NCBI GenBank assembly: GCA_015680685.1
Contig: MNCI01002555.1
Coordinates: 196,971 to 260,970 of the forward strand
DNA length: 64,000 nt
From: Gnetum montanum
Taxonomy: Eukaryota > Plantae > Gnetophyta
Direction of reading: 5' to 3'
Shown: in pieces, positions 53,601 through 64,000 of the stretch
Layout: every line of letters starts with the position of its first letter
How positions within the stretch are numbered: the first letter of the stretch is position 1
The notes under the pieces: generated by a model
What the model was told of the DNA's origin: nothing
Databases searched by the model: none
The model's input: only the letters and a program-made list of their open reading frames with translations
Translations under genes and position numbers: made by a program

Positions 53601-54072
53601 TCAAATGATGATGACATAAGCAACTAATCTACGCACTCTAAGCCTACTGCAGGACACAAAGAACTATAATAGGTAAGATATCGTATAGCTTGGTTTATGG
53701 ATATGAAGCCATTTTGCCTCTTGAATTGTAGGTCCCATCACTCTGTGTAATCCTATCAAGCTTCATCAATAAGGCTCAAAATGACAAGTTGAGAACCATT
53801 AACCTTGACTCAATAGAGGAGGAGCACATGTAGGTGCTTTGTTAAATCAAGTTGTTCAAACAAACACAATGGCAAAAGTATTTTCACAATCAGCATCAAT
53901 GTCTAATCAAGGAGGGGGACTTGATCTTCAAGGTTATTTGTGAACTAAATAGGAAGGGCCTTTCTTGGTTGTCAAGGCTTATGGAAATGGAGCATTCAAT
54001 CTTGCTAACCATGATGACAATGAATTTTCCAATCTGGTAAAACATTCATACCTGAAGCTATAGTATGCTTAG
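50610..54072 (+). pseudogene. pol: pol cistron of element C (RT-RH-aRH-INT, no protease)
   Basis: AFTWSYDDMLG, MDGFSGYNQI, PFGLKN, YIDDI, aRH TNN..EYEG..GD, INT WGLDIIG..FTKWVEA; stop at 54070-54072. ATGs at 50610 and 50616 follow the acceptor at 50598-50599. Confidence 0.93.
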
Positions 54073-54197
54073 CATGTAATGCTGCATCACCAACAAAGCA
54101 AGGTAAGTAAGAGTCTATTATGACTATAAACTAGCATAGATTATCCTCGGGCCATGCCACTAAAACTAGCACCCACAACATAGTCTGCTATGACTAT

Positions 54198-57100
54198 TGT
54201 TGGCGATCGTTTGGGACGCGACCGCCAACGAGTGTCCTCGAATAGGATTTAGGTGCCTGCTAGTCTCTGGCAACACCAAGGCCCAGATACCTCCAAATAA
54301 AATTAGTAGTTAATGTGAGTATGTGTGTATGCTGTTGTGGCGTGCAGTTGTGAAAAATGAAACGATTGCATTGTGTGTAAAATACAAATGACTTATCTTA
54401 AAGAGATTCAGCCAACTTTGCCAAGTACTGTGAGTTGTTGAGAGTTCCTATTTTGTTCAATTGCCTAGTCTACACAATCCTTATAATACCTACTTGTAAC
54501 AAATAAAATTTTGCAAAAAAATTTGGGCACAACTCTACGAATCTACTTCTAGTTTTCCCCAGAGAAAGAGATAGTTCCACAAGAAAACTAGAAATAGAGC
54601 AAGATTCGATGGAAATAAGCAGAAAAGAAAAGAAAGCAGATTTGTGTAGACCTCAAATATTTAAACAAGGTAAAATGACACGAGTAAACACTTCGCAATA
54701 AAGCTATCCCAAATTCAATATCTACGAATTGTTCAAACTTCCAAGGCTCAAACAAGCAATATCTTCAAGACAATCCTACTATGCTACCAAAAATTGCTGC
54801 GTAAACTACCACGTACGAGACTCCATTTTGACTAGATAATAGATGTCAACGATTGCATTCAAACAGAACCTTTAAAAGACTTGACAATTTCTGATTGAAA
54901 TACCACGGGAATTCACTTTAAAGATAAAAAGAAGCTATTCTGGTCCCATCAAAATACCAAAGATTTTCTGAACCCTCTCGACTACTGAATTGTTCAACGG
55001 CATGACTACAAACAGAGGCTCTCTTACAACAATCCCAATAGCAGTTCCCACACGTTGCACAATAACAAAATTTACTACTAAAATGCTCTTAAGGCTTTTA
55101 AACACAAGCGCTTCTATGGCAAAATTTTAACAGAAATTTTCTATCGAGCAACAAGAACAATAAGAGCAATCTAAAAATCCCAAAATTACTTGCCAAGGAT
55201 GATACTATCTAAACCACTAGCTAAACAATTTAAACAAAATAAAAAAATAAAAAACATAACTCACAGGACTATGACAAAGAGGCTGAAATATTTTCTTTAG
55301 CAAGCCATTTTACAAGCAATCTTTCATAATGTCTTTTACAAATGCTCTTCTCCCAAGACTCAAGGTGTGTCTCTAAGTGAGAGCTCAAGTGCTAGCTAGT
55401 AGCCTTCCAAAGTGTGATGTATCAAGTCTTCTCCCGAAAGTATGATATCTTGACCCCCCCACTTTTGAGACCCCAATGTCCTCTTTTTATAGGGTTCAAA
55501 GGTGGTTACATACTTAAAATATCTTAGCTAAATTTTCTCCCAAGTAAGGGAGTTACAACTTACCCATGTAGTTAGGAGATATTTCTCATCAATTTAATAG
55601 GGAAGTTATGTGGTTGGGAAGTTGTACATAAAGTTAGGAGGAATTTATGCTAACACTAATAAATATTAAAAATATTTCTTTTGTAAATATTAGCCTATAG
55701 TATTTTGTTTATTTATTTATTTATTAAAATAAAGCTAAAATCCCCAATTTAATTTAATTAAGTATTTTATTTAGAATTTTAAATACTAAATGTCATGTCC
55801 TTATTAATCCTTGGAAATATCCTGAAAATCCTAAAAATATCTTTTTCCCTTTCCTCAGAGTTACATATATATCTTACACTATGCATACCTAAATTAGTTC
55901 ATTTTAATTTAATTTTCAGAGTTATAGTTAAGGGGACCTTTCTTAAAATAGCTGAAATTCAGGGCATCGTGGATGGTGGTTTTGTCTTGTATTTTTCCTG
56001 CATTTGACATCTGGAATAATGTTATGTCTATTTGTTTCAACAACACCATCGAATCAGCAGGCATCGGCAGTGGCATCAAGTTTGTTTTAACCAAAGGAGG
56101 TAACGTGTTGATTTTATCTTCATCTTGGCAGATGAATATTCAGCGCAATTCTAGCATCCACCAGAAAGGTAACTGTTAATGGTGCAGGTCTCCCTGGTTA
56201 ATCGTATAATTAGCAACGATGCCACTGGATGTAGACGTGTTTCTTCTCTTTTACTGAATCAAGTTCCATTTTGGCTTGTTGATGTGGGACGCAGTAAATC
56301 CACATTTCGTATGAGTTGCAAAGCTTCAATTCTACCACGTTATACCCTTCAAAACCCCATCTCTGCTGGCTTCGGTTTCCTTATCTTCTACCCACAAGTT
56401 GTGGAGTGAGGCCCTGGCCCTGGCTCTTGTGCATGTGTTCAACACCGCAAAAACATTTGTTCACCACATAGGCATAACTGCCGTTGTTGGGGGAGATTCT
56501 TCTTCTAGCAAAATGGAAACCCTGTAATGACGGAGGATATTTTTGAACTCACGCATTTGTCTCTAGTGCCGCTTCAGACTCCTCCTGCTCTGATAACGTC
56601 AATACAATCCACTGTTAAACGAATCCAAATGTGATTTGATGAAAGAACGGGTATTCTTCTGGATTTTTTTTCCATCAGTTGCAGCAGGAGACACTTGGGC
56701 TATGTTTGAATGTTTATTGTGGAATTTCTAACCACAGAAAATAAAGGCGAAACAGAACAATACGTAGTCTGCAACTTCATCCAAGGGCCATTAAATACAA
56801 GAGTTAAATTGAAAACAGGAGAAAAATTAATAAGAGAAAACGACCATGAATTCATTGATCTGTTCTCCATCCTCAAAGCCACTTTGTGCGGGGCACAATC
56901 TTAGCCGCAGCAATTTCATTCATTTTTTCCTTGAAATACCTTGCCAACGCGTACAGTGGATGGAACTGCTCTTTACCGTAAAAGCGTCCGTTGAAATCTT
57001 ACAATGGTGAATTCCGTAAGGTTGATTTTAATTTCTTATTGATGTATTCATGAATGGGGTCAGCTCTTTTTAATCATTAAAGCTTTTCAATTTCTTTTCA

Positions 57101-57323
57101 ATCTTCCCCTCACACAGGAGCATGATAAATTTTCCTTTCCTTGGTATCATCATTTGAAAGTTGAAACACTATATCTTCACCCAACAAATTTCCACATGAA
57201 ACCTATGGCATTAAAATATCAATAGGACACAACCATCATATATTTTTTTATTTAAATATCTTCTATATCTCATTCGTATTTTATCACCTTTGTTGTTCCA
57301 TGAAATGGCTAAATGTGCCAACA
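54198..57323 (-). mobile_element. Family A solo LTR, copy 3 (3126 bp)
   Basis: TGTTGGC...GCCAACA; TSD ACTAT at 54193-54197 and 57324-57328; minus-strand TATAAAAAGA near 55491; no PBS or PPT adjacent. Confidence 0.93.
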
Positions 57324-57750
57324 ACTATAAATTGGCAAAACATGTTTGTTATGATGCTAAATTGACATAGATTAGTTTTCTATGACTATAAACTAGCACA
57401 GAGAGTCTTCTATGACTATAACCTGATGCAACATGTTCACTATAATGCTAAATTGGCACAACAATAGTATGTTATGACTATAAACATACTGTCCTTGGGC
57501 CATGATGCTAAAATTGGCACCCACAACATTCATCTTCCATGATGCTTAAACTGCATAACTTGTCCTTGCATCATGACATTAGATTAGCACAACATTCACC
57601 ATCTGCTACAATTTTAAACTAGCACACAACAATCTACTAGGACTATAAACTAGTACATCATAATCTACCAGGACCTTAAACTAGGTTCATGATATGCTAG
57701 GACCCTAAACTAGCATAGTATGCAGTCTACCAAGATCTTAAACTAGGTTC
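57324..57750. repeat. Post-pol tandem array of element C (starts at 54115-54197, split by the solo LTR)
   Basis: Repeated TATGACTATAAACTAGC and GACCTTAAACTAGG units. Confidence 0.8.
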
Positions 57751-59406
57751 ACAGTTCAACATACATAGCTCAACATACACAAATCTGTGAATAAGCGAGC
57801 ACAAATATTTCCAATCCTCTATCATCTGCCAACACCTCGTGGACAAGGTGGGGCAAGGTGTTGCAATTCTAGAATGGAGTTCATGTCATCAAGAAATGCC
57901 TTTGGAACATTTGCCGCATTACTGCCCTTGGCATCTTACTGATTCTCCAAAGATTCCCTTAGGTATTTTTTTGACCTTCTGAAGCTCCTATCACCATCGC
58001 CAATAGTTCCACCCCTTGGCCATGCTAACAGTAATACTGACCTTAGGTATTTCATTATTACTTGGAGCTCTCACCATCAACACTACCCACTAGAGTACTA
58101 GTAGTATTATGGCCCAACCATTTTGCTACCATCCTCTAGGCCTCACCATTGCCTAGGTTTGGAAGTGCATTCAGCATCTTAGCTCTCTACCATTTTGTTG
58201 GCTTTCTAAGCTCCTATCCTTGGTGTGGAGTCTCAAGCACCTACATCATTGTTGCCCTCAACTATTTTGCTAGCCTCCCTAGGATGCTCAGTTCCAATGT
58301 GGCTATTGGAGCTTTTATAGCCTTCTTGCTCCAACACCTGCACTATTTTTTCTACACTAGTTGTTTAAGCTCTTGCAACTAGTCTAGCCATTATAACATT
58401 TGCAACATGTTTGCATCCAATAGTTTACTCACTTCATGTTTTGTGGTTTTTTTCTTGTTTTCTCTACATTCTATTTGCAGGATGAAGCCCTAGAGGTGGT
58501 TGTGTAGAGATGCATCTCATCGTAGTGGAAAGATGCCACATTACTCTAATGGGCATGATCAGACTAGTTGAATTGCTCAAGAGTGCACATCCCTATTACC
58601 CTTGCTATAGCCTACTTACACTTATCCCTTTCACCTTGCATTTCCCTACTTCCCCTTGCATCACTAAGCTTGCAACCCTTCTAATGCACATGGCACCCTC
58701 TTTACGTCAACTGTAGAACCCATAGCATATGTAAAGCAACTCATCCTATGGGGAGTTTCTGTGGGCTATTCAAAGCCCCAAGTGGATGTAACACAACTCA
58801 TCCTAGGGAGGAAACACCTATCTTGTAGATGCAACATCAAAGTCCATTAGGTGGCATGTAGTCCACCCAATGTTAAGCATCTCATAGCTACCATCTCATA
58901 GTGTGCAGAGCCCAAAGCAATCTTACATCATTGTTCAAGAAAAAAGAAAGAGAAAACAAAAGCAAAGAGATAGGGTGAAACATGTCCCTAATCAAAAATT
59001 AGAAAAGTTGCAATTTCACAAATAGTCCAACCCTAAAACCACATCAACCTTCTCATAAGCACTCCAACAAGAGGTCATAGCTTTAGGGGCAAGCCATCAT
59101 GGCACCATCGATGCTAACTCCCTTACAAGCACTTCAATGACAAATCATCATTTGGCAACAAGCCATCCTAGTGTTGCACCTTGTAGCTACATACATAGTT
59201 TGTATTTCACTCCCCTTCTATTCCTTATTCCATCTCCTTAACATGTCACCTATCATCCTTTGCCTCAAATATACCATTACCCTTAGCACCTTTGAGCATG
59301 ACAAAGTGATGTTTGATCAGGTACTAACAAGCGACATTAGTGTTGGGCCTACTGTGGTGTTTTGTGTTCTTTATCAATGTCTCTCAGGCCACTCCTCCAG
59401 ATGTCA

Positions 59407-59421
59407 AAAAAGAGGGGCCAA
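59407..59421 (+). promoter_or_regulatory. Polypurine tract of element C
   Basis: AAAAAGAGGGGCCAA before TGAAAC. Confidence 0.88.
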
Positions 59422-61084
59422 TGAAACACCACCAAATTTGGAGCTCCCGAGTCTCAACCATGAAATTTGCTAAGTGTCAAAACTTTTTTAAAAAAATTTC
59501 TAAGTGTTGAGACTACACTCTCACTGCTAGGACTACACTTTAGAGCATAGTTAGCATAGTTGACTTTGATAATCTAGATTTGCAAATTTTTTTCAAATGT
59601 CAATAGTAGTTGTAAATTTTTCTAAGTGTCCTAACTATGCTCACACTACCAGCACTATGCTCTAGAGTGTAGTTAGCCTTGGGATGACTAGTTTTGCAAA
59701 TTTTCCTAAGTGTCAAGCTAGAGGTTGCTGAGCATGTATGGGATGGATGAAACAACCTGGTAGATTTTCTAACTTTTGGTGCTACTTTCCCTGCTATGCT
59801 CTAGATCATAGCTAGCATAGTTTGCATGTAGGCATCAATTTTGCAAGATTTTTCCAAGTTTTTGGGCTACACTTCCCCTATCAGGACTACACTCTAGAGT
59901 GTAGTTAGCGTAGCCAGCACTAAACTACACTTTTTTGTCAAATTTTCTTAATCCCTTAGGCTATGCTTTAGAGCATAGCTAGAATAGCCATGCAAAAATG
60001 CCTCTATAAGCTTCTAGAACTTAGCATTGTCTTGCATCTTAGCTCCAATGTCCCTTTAGCAAGCAAGATTAGCAAGTTTTGTCTCACTTGCATCCCTCAT
60101 TTGCCCCAAGGTGTACCTATAGTTGACACTACTCAGAAAAGTGGGCAACGTAGTCTTGGATCGTAGTCTCCAAAACTATACTATTTTGCATTATTTTCAA
60201 GTACCTTGTGGTCTATTTCACACTCTTACATGCAATCTTAGTAGCATATTCATAGTTTGGCAGTTTCATAGGGCCCATTGGAGGACACTAGCAGAACACC
60301 ATTTTGCTCCACTAGGAGCATAGCTAGGGTCAACATAGTCCCAACTACCCCCTCTGCCACATGGTGCCCGATCAATGATTCATGCTAACCCTAGCCCTAT
60401 AAATACACTAGTGCTCCATGTTCTAGGGGTTGGAAAATCAAAAGCAAGGTTGGCATTTTTCAAACATGATTTGCATCTTTATTTAACAATTGGCATTTTG
60501 GCGTTCCAAGCACCCTTGCATCTAAGCACACTTAGCACCTTGGAAAACTTTGGAATTTTACTAGACATTGTTGTACACTACCTAGCACTCTACACACCTC
60601 TGTAGCTTGTAGGACACCATGGCAACCAAACCAGTAGGCTCAAACTTCACAACGAATGTTAGTCTTCATAGCTAGACACCTTAAGACTATGACTACATTG
60701 TCTATTACGCTTGTTTTTACATTGCATACCTCAACTTTTCTTTATAGTTGACTATGCTTCCCTTATTTGGGGTGATGTTGTTTTCCCTTTAGCTCATATT
60801 TTGTGCATGTTTTACATTTTTGCACATTTTTGGCATTTTACTTGCATTTTTCACTGTTCATGCATCTATTTGCATGTTCACATGTCTGTTTTCATCCGTG
60901 AGCACCATGGACACTGCAGACACCACATAAACACCTTAAAACATGTTTCATCATAACACTTGTAAGTCCTAGTTTGATTAATAAGACTATCCTAGGTACT
61001 TTGCTTCTATTTTCTAGTAGGCCCTCACACAGGAGTAGGGTTAAGGCTATGGATGGAAGGCCTCCAACATTTTTGGTCACTATA
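59422..61084 (+). repeat. 3' LTR of element C
   Basis: Direct repeat of 33575-35264, followed by TSD GAGCT; TATA CCTATAAATA near 60396. Confidence 0.93.
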
Positions 61085-62001
61085 GAGCTAGACTAGAGAT
61101 CACTCATTGGAAGATGGTGTGGAAAGATCCCTCCTACTTAGAGTGAGCTTTGAACTTGTCCTCTTCCTCTTGTAGGGCTTCTTCATAGTCCATTCCTATG
61201 TCATGCTCACCTACTCAGATGAGCTAGGCTAACAACTGATGGTAGGGCTGCGTGAGTGGGATGATATTAAATGAGGAGGGGATATACTTTCATCCATCCC
61301 AATGGATTAGCTCATAGTTTTTTTTCCTAGATGTCAAAGTAGTCTACAGATAACCTTGCTTGAATCTTCACACATATGAAGTTGTATTGCTCATTACTTA
61401 CCACGACATATTCTAGGTTTTTACCATGCAACCTAAGGGACTACCTTCATCCTACCATTACGAGACTTCCAGGGTCATCAATCCTAGTCTCCTATTGGAT
61501 GGAAAAAATGTCAACTAAGTTTGAGATTGACATCAAAGGTTGATCTAGGTTCATATATGTAGATTGAGTTGTAAGAGGGAACTATAGAGATTGCTAGTTG
61601 TGAAACATTATGGACTATGCTGAAACTGACTCTATCCCAGCTAACACCACTGACTACACTACGTATGCTCTTCATGCTAGAGATTTGACTATGCTCTCCA
61701 CGTTGGAGAGTGGACTACGTTGGCTATGCTAGAAATGACTATGCTCTAGCTGAAAATGATGGGAATTTAGTAGAAAGTGAAAACAAGTGTGATTTGGATT
61801 GCTACATGGAGTCTAGGGGGGATTAACTATAGGGTCTAATCTACATTGACAGGTTAATAGACAATGCCTAAACTGGCCTAAGATGTAGCTACTGCTGGGT
61901 TTATAGCAGGTCCATAAGTGTGTTATAGTCTATGCTAGCCTGAAGCCAACAACTACAATGTAGAGAGCACGTGAGATAGCCACAATGGAGTTTGAAAAAG
62001 T

Positions 62002-62025
62002 GGTTCAACCCTCCTTCTAGCACCA
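62002..62025 (-). promoter_or_regulatory. tRNA-Asn PBS of element D
   Basis: Plus strand GGTTCAACCCTCCTTCTAGCACCA, 5 nt from the LTR edge TATAAC. Confidence 0.85.
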
Positions 62026-62030
62026 AAAAC

Positions 62031-63604
62031 TATAACGATCAAAAATGTTGACGACTAGAATACTAAGGTCCATGGGCACATAGCCTAACCCTGAATTTGT
62101 GTGAGGGTCAAATGGAGGTGGAGACAGGACACCTTTAATGGTCTAGTTGATTGAACAAGGACTTATTAGATGCAACATGGATGTAGCATGGTTAGTTACA
62201 ATGCTAATGCGAGATGATGCTAAGGGTGCAAGTAGTGTTTGTGATGTTAGTGGGGTCAAGTGTAGTTACAGGAATCCAAGGGGATGAGCGTAGTCAAGGA
62301 TTTCATTGAAGAAGATAGTGTCAATGCGTGGGGACCACTACATGAGCATGGTTTCAAGTGTGGCTATGTGGTAAAATGATGAAAAATGTAAAGAAAATGT
62401 AGAGAATGCCAAGAAACAAAGAGAATGAAGTGGAGTACCATCCTAAATGGGGTTGAGCATAGTTAACACCAAGAAGGAGGTTAGTAGCCATAGGTGGACA
62501 ACGTAGTTATAGTCCCTGGGCTATCTAGATGTGAAGACTGGTGTTTTACCAAGACATCTACTTCTACTAAGTTATCCATTGTGGTGTACTATTGGATGTA
62601 GTGTTTTGCTAGGCTATGGGAATTTATGGTGGTTTACAACTTCACCTATTTTTTGGTTCACCAATGTGCCCTTGATTCGTCAAATTTGCTAACCACTCAT
62701 TAATTTTTTTTTTACTTCTCCTCCTTCTCTCCCCTCTTGCAAATGTCAAAGATGCAAGTATTTATAAGTTTAGGATTAGCATGGAATATGGGTGGTTGCC
62801 ATGTTGTGGATGGGATGGCTAGGACTATGCTCAGTGTAGTTACTGTTCATGTGGTGTGTCGATGGGGCTGATGGTGTCAATGGTGTTGTGCTTTCTTGTG
62901 CTTTGCTAGACTCTGCAGGACTCTATGGGACTGTGACTATGTTTCCACCTACATGTATGTATGTTGAGAGGACCACAAGGTATCCAAAAAATGAAACTCA
63001 AAGACTATGCTCTGAAGCACTATGCTCTCCACACTCTCACGTGGGGTTAAGCATAGTTGCAATTTTGGGACAAAAGGGGATACAAAGAAGAAGTATTTTT
63101 CCAACTATGCTTACCAAAGGTGAGTTGACTACATTCTAGAGTTGAGATGAGTGTCATTGCTATTCTATGGAGGCTACTAGAGAATTTTCTTATTGACTAC
63201 GCTCTTTTGAATGTTTACTACACTTTGGGCTGGGGGTGAGCATAGTCTCAATGCTAGTAATGGGAATTTTGTAGACTACGCTCTCCATAGGAGGCTAGCT
63301 ATGCTCCCATCTGGGGAGGAGCATAGTCCTAGGACTTGGAAAAATTTGTGAACCTGATAGACTACACTCTCCCGAAGAGCTTGACTATGCTCTCAACTGG
63401 GGTTGAGTGTCATCTCAGGACTTGGCAAAACTTGTAAAATTGACCTACTACTAACTATGCTCTCCCTAACTCCACTGTCTATGCTCCATAATGGTGTGTT
63501 TGGGGGAAGAGCTTAGTATCAACACTTGGGTGAAATTTCCAAAATTTTCCTTCCAACTGACTACGCTATGGGAGACTACACTCTAGGATTTTCTTAAGTG
63601 ATCA
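62031..63604 (-). repeat. 5' LTR of element D (right boundary approximate)
   Basis: Starts TATAACGATCAAAAATGTTG, matching the reverse complement of the C LTR end. Minus-strand TATA near 62760-62768; ACTAYRCTC motif cluster 62820-63590. Confidence 0.7.
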
Positions 63605-64000
63605 TTTTTTTTCTTCTTTTCTAACTATGATGTTAACAGAATGATAAAATAATTTTATATAGCTCTACCTACATCATCATTGATACAATGTATTAGAAGT
63701 TGTGTGGCCTTATATATACCAACATTTTGTCGTATCAAGAGATCATCAATTCATTCCACCCTTAGGAAACCTCTTGCAGTTTATTTTCATAGTCAACACT
63801 TAGCGATAGAGTGATGCTCATAGTGTGGTGTTGAGTAGTTGAACAAAATGGCAATAAAGATCAATATTTATTATCATCATTACAACATCCACCTAGTTCC
63901 ATTATTTTACTTAGCTTAATTTTCATGTTTACTTTAGCTTAGCTCTTTACATTTCCAAAGTACTTTACTTTTCATGTTTACTAGTAAGGTAGAATGAGTA

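Larger units (their letters stand above)
33575..61084 (+). mobile_element. Element C: full-length Tat-clade LTR retrotransposon (27.5 kb including two solo-LTR insertions), nested in the gag of D
   Basis: LTRs 33575-35264 and 59422-61084; TSD GAGCT at 33570-33574 and 61085-61089; PBS, gag-PR, pol and PPT in order. Confidence 0.95.
61085..63604 (-). mobile_element. Element D fragment 3: gag N-terminus (~61530-61090), 5' UTR, PBS and 5' LTR
   Basis: Gag N-terminus is homologous to B 26023-25750 and C 35750-36000; PBS present; LTR related in reverse orientation to the C LTR. Confidence 0.8.

Noticed and set aside
54198-57323. Family A as a Pack-MULE or CACTA DNA transposon
   Set aside because: Only 7-bp TG..CA inverted ends with a 5-bp TSD and an asymmetric TATA/R-U5 layout; MULEs have long TIRs with 8-11-bp TSDs and CACTA elements have 3-bp TSDs.
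1669-61084. Fungal RIP as the cause of C>T excess
   Set aside because: The elements are plant Tat-type with a plant tRNA PBS, and the CG/CHG context fits plant methylation.
63605-64000. AT-rich terminal segment with short TTTTCATGTT(T)ACT repeats
   Set aside because: Too short to assign; may be part of another LTR continuing beyond the window.

Overview
Heterochromatin-like DNA from a large-genome land plant, made almost entirely of nested, decayed LTR retrotransposons, with pervasive CG>TG and CAG>TAG decay. No intact host gene is present. There are four Ty3/gypsy Tat-clade elements (pol order RT-RH-aRH-INT where pol is visible, tRNA-Asn PBS). D (minus strand, oldest) survives as fragments 7575-10774, 27598-33574 and 61085-~63604. 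B is full length (10775-27597, minus, TSD GACAT) and inserted in D. C is full length (33575-61084, plus, TSD GAGCT) and inserted in the gag of D. E is a 3' half (1669-7574, plus). B, C and D share an unusual layout: gag-protease ends at a positionally conserved stop and is followed by a multi-exon ANTISENSE gene (FCP1/NIF-like HAD pseudophosphatase domain, plant-transposon-type domain, coiled coil). In B and C a separate RT-RH-aRH-INT cistron then follows, with its own splice acceptor and ATG. A second LTR family (A; TGTTGGC...GCCAACA, 5-bp TSDs) occurs three times (1-1668, 43604-47335, 54198-57323). Its R-U5 is conserved, but each U3 carries different CpG-rich cargo; one cargo is a pseudogenised histone H2B variant with a long N-tail. 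Domain calls are by eye and novelty could not be checked against databases.
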